Below, piece by piece: positions 1-10,296 of a stretch of 64,000 nt of DNA (positions are counted from its first letter, which is position 1; each line of letters begins with the position of its first letter). The position numbers and the translations under genes are program-made. Below the pieces are notes generated by a model. It saw only the letters and a list, made by a program, of their open reading frames with translations, was not told the DNA's origin and made no database searches. Origin of the DNA: Candidatus Bathyarchaeota archaeon. Lineage in GTDB: Archaea; Thermoproteota; Bathyarchaeia; Bathyarchaeales; Bathycorpusculaceae. The stretch lies in assembly GCA_963826715.1 (NCBI GenBank), contig CAWGYA010000002.1, positions 416,001-480,000 of the forward strand. The letters are read 5' to 3'.

Positions 1-546
1 TATGCTCTATCATATTTAATAATATGTGACTGTATAGAGATACCTACAAATCACCACCATTTTCTGCCACCAACTCTACGTTCGTCCTCAACTTTTTAAG
101 TGGGAAGTGATGGGTCAAAGCCAGAATTGCTGATGTCAAATCTGTGAAGTTCTTTGCAGTTTGGGCATCTGAAAAGGAGTTTTGTGCCAACCCCCGCATA
201 GAATAGTTTAGGGCTCTTGGTTAATACTGGATATGTTCAAATCAAAAATGTACTCGATTCAACGCTCGACTATGAATCTAGTATATGATGCATCGCCTTT
301 ATTCTGCGTTAATGGGTTATGTTTTAATAGGCTCAATTAAAACTGCCGACTAAATTCAACTATTTTTTTAAGCGTTATCGCTTGACCACATACAAAAACG
401 GCTTCTATTCGACTGCAAGAGGCAAACTATACCGCAAAGCATCAGTCGCATTGTCGTTCTCTGACGTCTTACCGATACTCCAACAACTTATGATAAGGTT
501 ATAAGATAAGAAAAATTGCTTGGAAGAATGTTGAAGCTTAATTTGG

Positions 547-762
547 CTATTGATTTTTTGACTCGTTAACCGCTTTTTCTAAATCAGTCAAGTCCAAAAT
601 AATACGGTTAGTAATAGAGTTAAATTTCTCAGGTTGCCGTTTCCTAAATTGAGTAAACCGATAACGGTAACGCATGAGGCTATTCCAACTTTTCTTTTCT
701 GTTGTGCTGCCATCTACAAGTAAGCTTGGAAGCTTGCGCTTAACCCTATCAGCACTTACCAA
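547..762 (-). CDS. small hypothetical protein (71 aa)
   Basis: C-terminal part of track ORF 547..1059; perfect SD AAGGAGG 9 nt before TTG at 762; upstream part overlaps a divergent gene. Confidence 0.55.
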   Translation of the reverse strand: MVSADRVKRKLPSLLVDGSTTEKKSWNSLMRYRYRFTQFRKRQPEKFNSITNRIILDLTDLEKAVNESKNQ

Positions 763-937
763 AAAAGAAAACCTCCTTAATAGTAATGGCAGATGGAAGA
801 GAAAAAAGGGGAAAGTGTAGTAAAAATACTTGTCTGGGGGGGCAAATCCTGCCCGTAGCACCAATAAATCCCAATCCATGGGGAAATTTTTATACAACTT
901 AGACCTTTTAGGATATAAGTCTCGCTGGGTGGCTTGG

Positions 938-1177
938 TTGATTAAATATATCGTAACAGAGGAAGACAAAAGAAGCCTTAAGGCGTTAGCCATAGAGCTC
1001 CATGAAATCCGCAAGCTAATCGAACAACTCGCCGAAACCGCAGTAAATCTAAGCGACAAACAATTTTTGAAGTGTTTTAATGCAAGCCAAAACGCCCTTA
1101 AAGAGAAACAGGTTGACCGCTATTGGGAAACGCTGGAAAAAGAGATAGACATTGTTGAAAAGGAATTTCAAGCCTAA
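938..1177 (+). CDS. small helical hypothetical protein
   Basis: In-frame TTG at 938 after GGGTGG; amphipathic helical sequence (EEDKRSLKALAIELHEIRKLIEQL). Confidence 0.5.
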   Translation: MIKYIVTEEDKRSLKALAIELHEIRKLIEQLAETAVNLSDKQFLKCFNASQNALKEKQVDRYWETLEKEIDIVEKEFQA

Positions 1178-1559
1178 ATGAAAGCGCCTTTTGAGCCAAT
1201 AGTTTTGGGTCACCTTCCTCTTTGGACTCGGTCTTAATTACTTGGGGTAATTGCTCTTTTTAAATATTGATGCTAAGACTCAATAGTTTTAACCAGGCTT
1301 TTCAGGACTATAAAGCAAGCCAAGCCCACCCATTGCGTGATTAGTCATGTGGGCTTGTTGCAAATGCGGTACTTATAGATCGCAATATGCACACACACCA
1401 AATAGTGCAAACATTTAGCCGATACGGATAGAAAGGTTAATACCATAGACAGCGCGTTTGTAAATCCGTTACAAATAAGCTGTTTCTATATAGTTGCTAA
1501 TAACTACAGTCAAACGCTTAATTGGATACCATAAACCCAAATTGTCAGGAGGAAAAAAA

Positions 1560-1745
1560 TTGAAGAAGAAAACCAATACAGCATCGATGCTGTTCACTTG
1601 CCCACAATGCAACTCAAACTTTGAATTTGACGCAATAGGCGAATATGAACTGGTTGCCTGCCCCGTATGTGGAACCCCGTGCGTCACAGTCAAAGCAGAA
1701 AACAAACAAGTACTACAGCACTTTGAGCAAGCTCTAATATGTTAA
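1560..1745 (+). CDS. LysW-like zinc-ribbon protein (two CPxC motifs)
   Basis: AGGAGG SD before TTG 1560; CPQC-x15-CPVCG spacing as in LysW, but no C-terminal EDWGE. Confidence 0.65.
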   Translation: MKKKTNTASMLFTCPQCNSNFEFDAIGEYELVACPVCGTPCVTVKAENKQVLQHFEQALIC

Positions 1746-2042
1746 GAACCAGTATGTGGGTTTAATCATATATTCGCTTTGAGCTCTCCTTATTTTTTGT
1801 TTTTTTAATTTCTGAATCTTACCTTAAAAAAATCTGGAATTCCTGCATTCATACTAGATACATGATTTTTGCAATTACATAGATGCATAAATTTTTCTTA
1901 GGCAGTAAATACTGATGACTCCCACCTCACGTCTACTTCTATAAATGCTCATACCTTCAAGCGTAATTAAAACCCACAACCTCTATCAACTATTTACAGC
2001 ATAATACAAAATAACCAAGACGATATTTACCTACGAGAGGAA

Positions 2043-3830
2043 TTGACATTGGATGCTCCGCAAGTCATTTGGGACTTGACTGAACTTTTCAGTTGCATAG
2101 AAGACCCTAAAATCCAAAAGGGCGTTACGCAAATCATCGTATCAGCGGACGCTTTTGAGCAAAAATACCGTGGAAAAATCGCATCCCTATCAGCTAATGG
2201 GTTGTTGGAGTGCCTGCGAGAAGTGGAAAACTTTAACATCGTATTCAGTGACTTAACCCTTTACTCGAGTCTTTGCTTTGCAGCTGATATGACTCAGCCC
2301 AATTCTCAGGCATTAAATGACAGAATCAACAAGCTAGAAGCAAAAATAGCCAAGCAACTTGCCTTTTACTCCCTGGAGCTAGGTACATTACTTAAAAATA
2401 AGCCAGAAATTGTAAAAGCCTCTGAACTTGCTAACTATAAGCATATGCTAGAACGTATGCAACGTCGCATACCCCATCAACTTTCAGAAGTTGAGGAACA
2501 ACTAATTATTGAGAAAGACCAGTTTGGTGTATACGCGTGGGAAGAACTGCAGAGTAAATGGTTAAACACCCGATTATTTGAAGTAAGCGTTTTGGGTGAG
2601 AAGAAAACATTAAGCTATAGCGAAGCAAGTGGATTGCTCTCGAATCCTGATCGCGCTACCCGCGAATCCGCGAACCGAGTAATCTATGGGTTACTATGTA
2701 AAGACGGCGAAATTTTTTCATCATCTTTGCGAAGCATCTGCAATGACTGGGTTACAGTATGTAAACGACGAAAATATTCGTCGCCAATGGAACCCAGCTT
2801 GATAAGTAACGATACTTCGCAAGACATAATTGAGAATCTGCTACGGACTGTGGAGAAAGGCGCTGTATCATATAGGCGCTACCTCAAATTGAAAGCAAAA
2901 CTGATGGGTTTGCCAGTGCTTGCTAATTATGACATTGTGGCTCCCCTACCGGAAGTGAAAGAATCTAAGATCACTTTTTCACAAGCCCAGGATATCCTAA
3001 CTCAAGCGTATAGCCGGTTTGATATCAATTACTCTTTAGCTGTTAAAGAAATGTTTGAGAAGCGACATATCGATGCGGAACCAAGGTTTGGAAAACGCAA
3101 TGGTGCCTTCTGCGCAAGTTACTGCAGTGGTAAATCAGCATATATTTTGCAGAGCTTTAATGGTACCCTAAGCGACGTATTTACGTTGGCACATGAATTA
3201 GGGCATGCCACCCATGACTGGTTCATGGCAAGAAACCAGACTTTCATGAACATCCATGTGCCCTCCATCGTTGCGGAAACCGCCTCTATCTTTGGCGAGT
3301 TGCTATTAACGGATTTAATGCTGGATAGAACTAAATCCAACACAGAACGCAAGGCGTTACTCTGCTTGGTTTTGGATGAAGTAGGTATGACTGCTTTTCA
3401 GGTAACGGCGCGGGTGTGGTTCGAACAGCAACTCTACTCATCAATTGAGAATGGCGAATTTCTCGATTACCCTACTATCTGCCGACACTGGACGGAAGCG
3501 CGGGACCGGATTTTTGGCGACGCTGTTAGATGGCTCCCCGAAATGTCAGCGGAATGGACAATGAAGCCACATTACTATATGGCCAACTATCGCTTCTACA
3601 ATTACCCCTATGTTTACGCACAGATGTTCGTCTATAGCCTTTACGAACGCTATCTTAAGGAGGGCAAGTCTTTTGTGCCTAAATTGGTAGAGTTGCTTTC
3701 AACTGGCAGCAGTAAATCACCACGAGAACTCGGCGAAGTTGTAGGTTTGAATATATCTGACCCCGATTTTTGGCTAGGAGGCTTAAGGGTGTTTGAAGGT
3801 TTCATCGGCAGCTTAGAAGAAACCCTTTAG
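2043..3830 (+). CDS. pepF: M3B family oligoendopeptidase F
   Basis: WDL N-terminus, GKRNGAFC, HELGH zinc motif, AETAS, FYNYPY. Confidence 0.92.
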   Translation: MTLDAPQVIWDLTELFSCIEDPKIQKGVTQIIVSADAFEQKYRGKIASLSANGLLECLREVENFNIVFSDLTLYSSLCFAADMTQPNSQALNDRINKLEAKIAKQLAFYSLELGTLLKNKPEIVKASELANYKHMLERMQRRIPHQLSEVEEQLIIEKDQFGVYAWEELQSKWLNTRLFEVSVLGEKKTLSYSEASGLLSNPDRATRESANRVIYGLLCKDGEIFSSSLRSICNDWVTVCKRRKYSSPMEPSLISNDTSQDIIENLLRTVEKGAVSYRRYLKLKAKLMGLPVLANYDIVAPLPEVKESKITFSQAQDILTQAYSRFDINYSLAVKEMFEKRHIDAEPRFGKRNGAFCASYCSGKSAYILQSFNGTLSDVFTLAHELGHATHDWFMARNQTFMNIHVPSIVAETASIFGELLLTDLMLDRTKSNTERKALLCLVLDEVGMTAFQVTARVWFEQQLYSSIENGEFLDYPTICRHWTEARDRIFGDAVRWLPEMSAEWTMKPHYYMANYRFYNYPYVYAQMFVYSLYERYLKEGKSFVPKLVELLSTGSSKSPRELGEVVGLNISDPDFWLGGLRVFEGFIGSLEETL

Positions 3831-4012
3831 AGATGCCATAAAGCGTTTCCACTTTTGTCATGCCTATGTGGAAATATGGTTAACTGGGTATAGGAAGTTT
3901 ATAGCGTTACCATAAAGGTGAAAAGGGGTTAAAAGGAAAAGACCCATAAAACGGGGAGCAATAGCCGTTAAAGCTTTTGTTCTTGCAAACTGTAGCTAAT
4001 ATGTGAAGGAAG

Positions 4013-4348
4013 TTGGAAAAAGCAAAACATACCACTAAAGCAATTCATGAGTTAACAGAAACTTACGCTGAGACCTGCCGCGCAATAAAAAACACTGCTA
4101 AAGATACCGCGCAGACAAAAAAGCTTTGGCGAGAAGGCAACAAATCCAATCTGATAAAAATCGGTGTAGCATGCATAGTTTTCCCAGACCCTTCGCCAGT
4201 TGGCGAAATAATAGGTGCCGGTTTTTTGGTGGCAGGTGCAGTACAGAAAGGCATTCAAAACCGAGCGGCTTACATAGGGGACATCAAAAAGAGCTTAGAG
4301 AGTACCCTTCGGGATCTTAGTCGAACTCAAAGTGAAATTCGCATTTAG
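4013..4348 (+). CDS. hypothetical protein with glycine-rich hydrophobic hairpin
   Basis: 111-aa ORF, SD-like GAGGAAG, FPDPSPVGEIIGAG segment. Confidence 0.6.
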   Translation: MEKAKHTTKAIHELTETYAETCRAIKNTAKDTAQTKKLWREGNKSNLIKIGVACIVFPDPSPVGEIIGAGFLVAGAVQKGIQNRAAYIGDIKKSLESTLRDLSRTQSEIRI

Positions 4349-4652
4349 CCGAAAATTCCAAAAGACGGTTCTTTTCAACACCAACTTTTTGTTCGGTTAC
4401 GAAACTTGGTTTTCTTATAAATCCAAATTAGCTTTTTTGGTAATACCTCCTCATTCAAAAAAATTGACCTGTTTGGAACTAACAAATAAGGTACCCACAC
4501 TCGAAGTGTTATGTGAGGAACAATTAAGAAATACGCTAAAGATGACTTAAAAATGGGAAAACAGAGAAAATGTAGCATAAATTATAGAAGAATTCCTATG
4601 AAAGTAAGAGAATAAGAGAGAGGTCTTGGAAAAGAAGACCTTGGATTTACAG

Positions 4653-5153
4653 TTACTTTGCCTCTTCTTTTTCTTGGAAGAGCTTTTTGATTGCACTGAT
4701 TCGAGCTTTTTGCGCCAAAACATCGCTTGTTACAACAGTAAGTGCTTCTTCGGGGCACCATTTGACGCATTGCGGACCTTCAGCTTTGTCTTTACATAAA
4801 TCGCACACGTAGACCACTTTGGTTTCTGGATGCAACATCATGGCACCATAATCACATGCTTCAATACACCAGCCGCAACCGTTGCATTTGTCTTTGTCCA
4901 GTACAATGTTGCCGGTGTCTTCTGCCTGTGAGAGAGCATCTCTTGGGCAGGCTGCTACACATGCAGGGTCCTCACAAAGTCTGCAGGTAACTGCCATGTT
5001 GGCTGTTTGGTTAACCCGAACTAAGCGAATGCGAGATTTCAACGGATTAAAGGCTTTCTCTTTATTCATAGAGCAAGCGTACTCACAGATTTGACAACCC
5101 ACGCATTTTTCGGGGTCGGCAGAAATGAATTTTCTTTGGTGAAGTTTAACCAT
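4653..5153 (-). CDS. 4x[4Fe-4S] ferredoxin-like subunit partnered with AOR
   Basis: CVGCQIC, CRLCEDPACVAACP, CNGCGWCIEAC, CDLC...CP motifs; 2 bp after AOR. Confidence 0.92.
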   Translation of the reverse strand: MVKLHQRKFISADPEKCVGCQICEYACSMNKEKAFNPLKSRIRLVRVNQTANMAVTCRLCEDPACVAACPRDALSQAEDTGNIVLDKDKCNGCGWCIEACDYGAMMLHPETKVVYVCDLCKDKAEGPQCVKWCPEEALTVVTSDVLAQKARISAIKKLFQEKEEAK

Positions 5154-5155
5154 TT

Positions 5156-7012
5156 TTATGCCTCTTTCCCCTTTGTTAAACTTGAAAATTCTTGTAACCC
5201 TAATTCTTGAAGCTTCGCTTTAGGTGGAGTACCCTCTACTGTCCAACCACGAGCTTGATAGTAGTCGTCAAGCATCAAATCCAATTCCTCCTGAGTTACA
5301 ACAGAGCCCTTTGCGATCCCATCATCGGGTACTGGTTGATTCATGACTTTCCAGGGAAGTGTGTCATCACTTCTTGTAAAGCCCTCACGTAGATTGATAA
5401 GTTTAGCTAATGTGTTAATGCGTTCGCCTGCTATGCTGAGTTCTTCAGGGGTTATTTCAATACCAGTAGTGGCAGTGTAGAGTTTTGCCATGTCAGCGAG
5501 TTCCTTATAGAATGTGCCTTTCGCATTTTTGCACACAATAAGCGAGTCAATTATTGCAAAAATATCCTCATTATCTTTGACTAATTGACCTCTACCTTTT
5601 TCAGCCTTGAAGCGATCAACCTTGCCTTTGATATCAAGCGCGTATACACCACTTCGATTATGATCAGCTCCGCGGAATGAAACCGCTGCGGCCAACGCGG
5701 CTGTTTTGAGGCACCTTAGGTCGTAACCAGTAACTTCCAAGCCTTTGATTTGCTGGGCGAGTGAACCTGAGTTCTTACCGATTTTTTCTGCAGCCACCTT
5801 CACGCCGTCTGCCAGCATTTCACCAATACCTTCGCGTTTGCCGATTTGATCTATTAGTTGGATAAGTGCTTCGCTGTTGCCGAAGTGAGCGTCGATTCCG
5901 CCAAGATCTTCATGCGTTAAAATACCTTTTTCGTGGCAGTCCATAAGGAAGCTTATGGTCACACCAGTGCTTTGCGCATCCAAGCCATAGTAGTTACAGA
6001 GTTCAGAAGCTTTGATGATTGCGTCGAGTTTGTCTACGCCGACGTTTGGTCCAAGCGCCCAAAGGTTATCATACTCCATCCGAGCTATAACGCCTTTGTA
6101 CGGACCTTCCCGGACAACAGCCTCATGTTCACAGCGCATAGCACATGAGTTACAAGCGATAATTTTGGCGATGAAACGTTCGTTTAGGACCTCGCCGCTA
6201 ACTTTTTCTGCTTCATCAAAATGCGAATAAGTATAGTTGTTTGTGGGCATACAGAAAAGTGCATTATTAACCATGACATTTTCCACTGACCCCAGTGTAC
6301 GATATTTCTGTGCTGCGGGTCCCTTCATACGTTCATGAAATTCTTTAACCATATCCATGAATTCATCAGGTTTGGCAACAGCTATATCGCGGGTTCCTCG
6401 CACAGCAATGGCTTTAAGATTTTTGCTGCCCATAACAGCGCCAAGACCGCTTCTGCCTGCCGCTCGAGTTTTTTCGTTGATAATACATGCAATTTTGGAT
6501 TGTTTTTCACCTGCTAAACCGATTGATGCAACGCGAACATAATAATCGCCTATTTCGTCTTTGATTGCATCTTCGGTTTCGCTTGGGGATTTGCCCCAGA
6601 TGTGAGCTGCATCAAGTATTTGGATGGAGTCATCATCTATCCAGAGATAAACTGGTTTTTCAGCTATGCCGGTTAACACAATTGCGTCGTAACCTGCGCG
6701 TTTGAGTTCGGCTCCGAAGGTTCCGTGACTGACTGCTTCGCCAACACCGCCTGTTTCGGGTGATTTCGAAATGAAGGCGTGTCCGTTGCCGCCTGTAGGA
6801 AACATTGTTCCTGAAACTGGTCCGAGAGCTAACACAAGCGGGTTTTCAGCGCTCAGCGGGTTAATGCCTGCTTTTGAATTGGATAAGTAGAGTTTCATTC
6901 CTAAGCCGATTCCGCCAATATATTTTTTAGCGGTTTCCTCGCTTAGTTTTTCTATGCGGGTTTTGCCTGTCTTTAAATCGACAAATAGAACTCTTCCTGC
7001 GTAACCGAGCAA
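5156..7012 (-). CDS. aor: tungsten-containing aldehyde:ferredoxin oxidoreductase family protein
   Basis: GYAGRVLFVDL, KSP, AAGRSGLGAVMGSKNLKAI, CNSCAMRC, DYYQARGW. Confidence 0.95.
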   Translation of the reverse strand: MLGYAGRVLFVDLKTGKTRIEKLSEETAKKYIGGIGLGMKLYLSNSKAGINPLSAENPLVLALGPVSGTMFPTGGNGHAFISKSPETGGVGEAVSHGTFGAELKRAGYDAIVLTGIAEKPVYLWIDDDSIQILDAAHIWGKSPSETEDAIKDEIGDYYVRVASIGLAGEKQSKIACIINEKTRAAGRSGLGAVMGSKNLKAIAVRGTRDIAVAKPDEFMDMVKEFHERMKGPAAQKYRTLGSVENVMVNNALFCMPTNNYTYSHFDEAEKVSGEVLNERFIAKIIACNSCAMRCEHEAVVREGPYKGVIARMEYDNLWALGPNVGVDKLDAIIKASELCNYYGLDAQSTGVTISFLMDCHEKGILTHEDLGGIDAHFGNSEALIQLIDQIGKREGIGEMLADGVKVAAEKIGKNSGSLAQQIKGLEVTGYDLRCLKTAALAAAVSFRGADHNRSGVYALDIKGKVDRFKAEKGRGQLVKDNEDIFAIIDSLIVCKNAKGTFYKELADMAKLYTATTGIEITPEELSIAGERINTLAKLINLREGFTRSDDTLPWKVMNQPVPDDGIAKGSVVTQEELDLMLDDYYQARGWTVEGTPPKAKLQELGLQEFSSLTKGKEA

Positions 7013-7267
7013 ACCTTGTTCTCTCCAAGAGTTTTTAAGGAGTATTTAGGACCGTGAACAGTATATTAAGCTAATGGGTTATAAGACTGAAAATTCATGG
7101 CTTTTTATGCATAAGTTACGGTCACATTTTATAGTTTGTCATGCAGAAAGCCGAATCCGGAAGAAGGCAAAAGAGTAAATATTTTAAAAAAAATAAAAAA
7201 TAGAAGCCAAAGAAGCGAAAACTTAAACCAACCCAACCCTTCAGGCTCATTAGGCGAACAATCTTTG

Positions 7268-8317
7268 ATGCGAGTTGACAAACTAAAACAACTAGCTACC
7301 ATACAGCATAAACCAGACACATTCGCAGTCTTCAACCCAACCAATATCATCTACTTAACAGGTTTCCAAGGTGCAACGGCACTTTTAATCCCGCCTGAGG
7401 GAGAGGGAGTACTATTTGTTTCAGGAGTTAACTATCTGCAAGCAAAGGCAGAAGTTAAGGGTTTTAAGATAGAACTTTTGGATCATGGGGAGAGCGTTAT
7501 TAAAAAAATAGCGTTACATACCCAAGACAAAAAACTCGCGGTAGATACATTGCCAATAGAAAGTTGGCAAGCGCTATCCAAAGCCGTGGGCGGAGAAGAA
7601 AAACTTGAGGCTGCAAACCGCCTAATACATGAATTGCGTGCGGTCAAAGATAATGAAGAAATCAAGTTCATTCGGGAAGCCTGCAAAATGGCAGACCTCG
7701 GTATTGAAGCCGCTTCCCAAGTCATCCGAGCTGGTTCAACTACCAAACAAATCGCTGCAGAAGCCGAGTATGCAATGCGGAGCGCAGGTTCGGAAGGCGT
7801 TGCATTTGAAACCATCGTATCCTGCGGCGTCTGTTGCTCTTATCCGCATGGGTCAATGGCTGAAAAAACTGTTGGAGAGGGAGACTTTGTAATGGTTGAT
7901 TTAGGCGCAACCCACCATTTCTATCATTCCGACATCACCCGCACTTTTATTGCAGGAAAACCAACAGAAAAACAAAGACTTATTTACGAAACTGTGAAGC
8001 GGGCACAAGAAAAGGTTTTGGAAGCCATCAAGCCAGAAGTTTTAGCTTCAGAATTGGACTACACAGCTAGAAGTTTGATTGAGGAATCAAGGTTCGGAGA
8101 GTTTTTCGTTCACAACCTGGGGCATGGAGTGGGCTTGGAGGTTCATGAAGCGCCAATTTTGGGCCCTAAAAGCAAAGATGTGTTAACCCCAGGAAATATA
8201 GTGACGGTTGAACCAGGAATTTATGTACCAGATTTCGGAGGGGTGCGCATCGAAGATACTGTGCTTGTGACAGCAACAGGAGCAGAAAAACTCACTAAGG
8301 CACATTATTTGCTATAG
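7268..8317 (+). CDS. Xaa-Pro peptidase (M24B)
   Basis: DLGA, SDITRT, HNLGHGVGLEVHE, TVEPGIY, GVRIED; likely start ATG 7268. Confidence 0.92.
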   Translation: MRVDKLKQLATIQHKPDTFAVFNPTNIIYLTGFQGATALLIPPEGEGVLFVSGVNYLQAKAEVKGFKIELLDHGESVIKKIALHTQDKKLAVDTLPIESWQALSKAVGGEEKLEAANRLIHELRAVKDNEEIKFIREACKMADLGIEAASQVIRAGSTTKQIAAEAEYAMRSAGSEGVAFETIVSCGVCCSYPHGSMAEKTVGEGDFVMVDLGATHHFYHSDITRTFIAGKPTEKQRLIYETVKRAQEKVLEAIKPEVLASELDYTARSLIEESRFGEFFVHNLGHGVGLEVHEAPILGPKSKDVLTPGNIVTVEPGIYVPDFGGVRIEDTVLVTATGAEKLTKAHYLL

Positions 8318-8646
8318 GTAAAACCTAGAAGGTAGTACCAGTTTTTTTCTAAGTGAGGAGAATTTTTTGTTAGTTAATCCCGCATTGATTTTGGTTGATA
8401 CAAAGGAACTTCGTTACAGGGGCCTTAAAATCAGACGTGACCTAAATATCATCGAGCCCCTACAGAAGATGCTTGTTGCAGCTCGCATAAACTAAGGCCA
8501 TATCATCTAAACCATTATGCAAATTACCCAAAACGTTGAAGTAGTGCAGAATGGGGTATCCACGCCGTAAAAGCAGCGCATGGATGTTAATTAAAAAAGG
8601 GGATAAATAGCTTTTGTTAATCTTTCTAACCTGAGTTAGAAGGGTG

Positions 8647-8886
8647 CTATGAGACCAGTTCTGCATCTGCGGACCCGCAGACTAATGCAGTTATCCGGAT
8701 TTTCACGTGCTCGTTGAGTTTTGCGTTTTTTATAAAGACAGGAAACCCTTTGATTTTGGCGACACCTTCCCCATTTGGGGCTACATCAAAAATGTCTACT
8801 TCGAATTCTTCACCAATTTCCATTGGGTAACTTACGCCTCTACCTCTGTTTTTTGCGTTTCTTGGAGCTCGTTTTTTTGGGCTAAC
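8647..8886 (-). CDS. single-TRAM-domain RNA-binding protein (absent from ORF track)
   Basis: Manual translation VSPKKRAPRNAKNRGRGVSYPMEIGEEFEVDIFDVAPNGEGVAKIKGFPVFIKNAKLNEHVKIRITALVCGSADAELVS; first in-frame ATG at 8823; start uncertain. Confidence 0.85.
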   Translation of the reverse strand, partial: VSPKKRAPRNAKNRGRGVSYPMEIGEEFEVDIFDVAPNGEGVAKIKGFPVFIKNAKLNEHVKIRITALVCGSADAELVS

Positions 8887-8975
8887 GACACATCATCCTC
8901 TTTCGAAGATAACAATATCTTCTGAGGCTTAAGGCTTTTGTTTTTTTAACTAAGAAAAGTATAAAAAATATAATG

Positions 8976-9049
8976 TGGGCCCGGCCGGATTTGAACCAGC
9001 GACCAACAGATTATGAGTCTGGCGCTCCACCGAGCTGAGCTACGGGCCC
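8976..9049 (-). tRNA. tRNA with CAT anticodon, most likely tRNA-Ile2 (agmatidine-modified)
   Basis: GGGCCCG/CGGGCCC acceptor stem, D arm, CTCATAA loop, GGTTCAAATCC T arm, discriminator A; GGGCCC stem is typical of archaeal Ile2 rather than Met. Confidence 0.93.
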
Positions 9050-9147
9050 AAAGCACATATACCCTAATATTGCTATTCCAAAACAGATTTAAACATTTTC
9101 TGCGGGAGAACAGGGAAATATACGATTACTTAAAATTTAGAGAGATA

Positions 9148-9396
9148 TCAGTTTCCAAACCACTTCGCATACCAAGCATTAAACATACAGACACATTCTT
9201 TTTCATATTCTGCTATGTTTTCCTCACGAAGGCAACTGGCAAGCTCTAAATTTTTCTTGAGTTCCATTTTTGCCTCCATTAAAGCTGCAGCAACATCGTC
9301 GAGCATGTCGTTGCCGCCAGCGCGGTAATCGCTCAAGGCTTGTCTTAGGAAACCTCTTTTTTGTTTGATTAACTCTTCAAGTTTGCCTTCACTCAT
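9148..9396 (-). CDS. small hypothetical protein
   Basis: 82-aa ATG ORF co-oriented downstream of the glycosylase. Confidence 0.6.
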   Translation of the reverse strand: MSEGKLEELIKQKRGFLRQALSDYRAGGNDMLDDVAAALMEAKMELKKNLELASCLREENIAEYEKECVCMFNAWYAKWFGN

Positions 9397-9433
9397 AGAT
9401 TAAACCCGAAAGGAAATGTTGACCAAAAGCATT

Positions 9434-10294
9434 TTAACGTTGTGTTCGTTCAAAATGAAAGAGATACTCCTGCGCGTAGCCTGCATAAACCCCGAAGTAA
9501 GTGCGGGCGAAATCTCCGATTTTGAGGTATTCACTATTGGTTAAGGAGTTGTGGCTCCGCATTTTCGTAACCAACTCATTAGGAAAGTAGTTCGCATAGT
9601 GGTTTAAAATCACGCGTTTAATCCATACATCCACGGGAAAAGCTTCAGTTTTCTCGAGCGAGAATAGTAACACACAATCCGCAACTTTCAAACCCACACC
9701 CATAAAGTCAAGAAGTCTCTTTCTGGCATCCAAATAAGGCACCGCGCTCAAGCCATCGAGATCGAAGGTTTTCTCTCGGATCATCTCTGCAGTTGCCTGC
9801 ACATACTTAGCGCGATAACCCAAGCCACATTCTCGAAGCCCATTTTCACTTGCTGCCGCCAACTGCTCAACAGATGGAAAAAGATAGAAGTCCAATCCAT
9901 CAAAAACTCGTTTTTCTCCAAACTTCTCTGAAATTTTCTTTAGCATCAATTCAATGGCGGTTATACTTTTGTATGTAGCACAGATGAAGCCAATTAGGCA
10001 CTCCCATGGCAACTGATGCACTATCCTCAATCCCTCAAAAGTACGTAATACTTCTTGGATATACCTATCTTTGCTGATGCGCCGTTTGATTTGCTTTAGA
10101 TCGTCGTCTAACCCAAAATATTTCCTCACAAACTCTTCATTCACTCCCTCAAATTCAAGCTCAGAATCGCTCTGGCGAATTTTGATAATTTTTTCACCAA
10201 CGACGCCGTACCACCAGCTACCCTTTTTATTCCAGCGGAAAACTTGCCCGCAGCATAGTGAGAAATCCAAGTCAAACGGCACATCAAGATGCAT
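9434..10294 (-). CDS. 8-oxoguanine DNA glycosylase, OGG1-type HhH-GPD
   Basis: CGQVFRW, GLGYRAKY, GVGLKVADC, FPVDVW, YAGYAQEYLF. Confidence 0.9.
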   Translation of the reverse strand: MHLDVPFDLDFSLCCGQVFRWNKKGSWWYGVVGEKIIKIRQSDSELEFEGVNEEFVRKYFGLDDDLKQIKRRISKDRYIQEVLRTFEGLRIVHQLPWECLIGFICATYKSITAIELMLKKISEKFGEKRVFDGLDFYLFPSVEQLAAASENGLRECGLGYRAKYVQATAEMIREKTFDLDGLSAVPYLDARKRLLDFMGVGLKVADCVLLFSLEKTEAFPVDVWIKRVILNHYANYFPNELVTKMRSHNSLTNSEYLKIGDFARTYFGVYAGYAQEYLFHFERTQR

Positions 10295-10296
10295 AA

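Noticed and set aside
763-1059. N-terminal 99 aa of track ORF 547..1059
   Set aside because: Antisense to the 938..1177 gene; perfect SD points to TTG 762
1321-1357. Inverted repeat CAAGCCCAC/GTGGGCTTG as ncRNA
   Set aside because: Single 9-bp stem with no other supporting motif
8976-9049. tRNA-Met (initiator or elongator), or an integration site
   Set aside because: No A1-U72 or three G-C anticodon pairs; GGGCCC stem fits Ile2; no duplicate 3' end seen in the window
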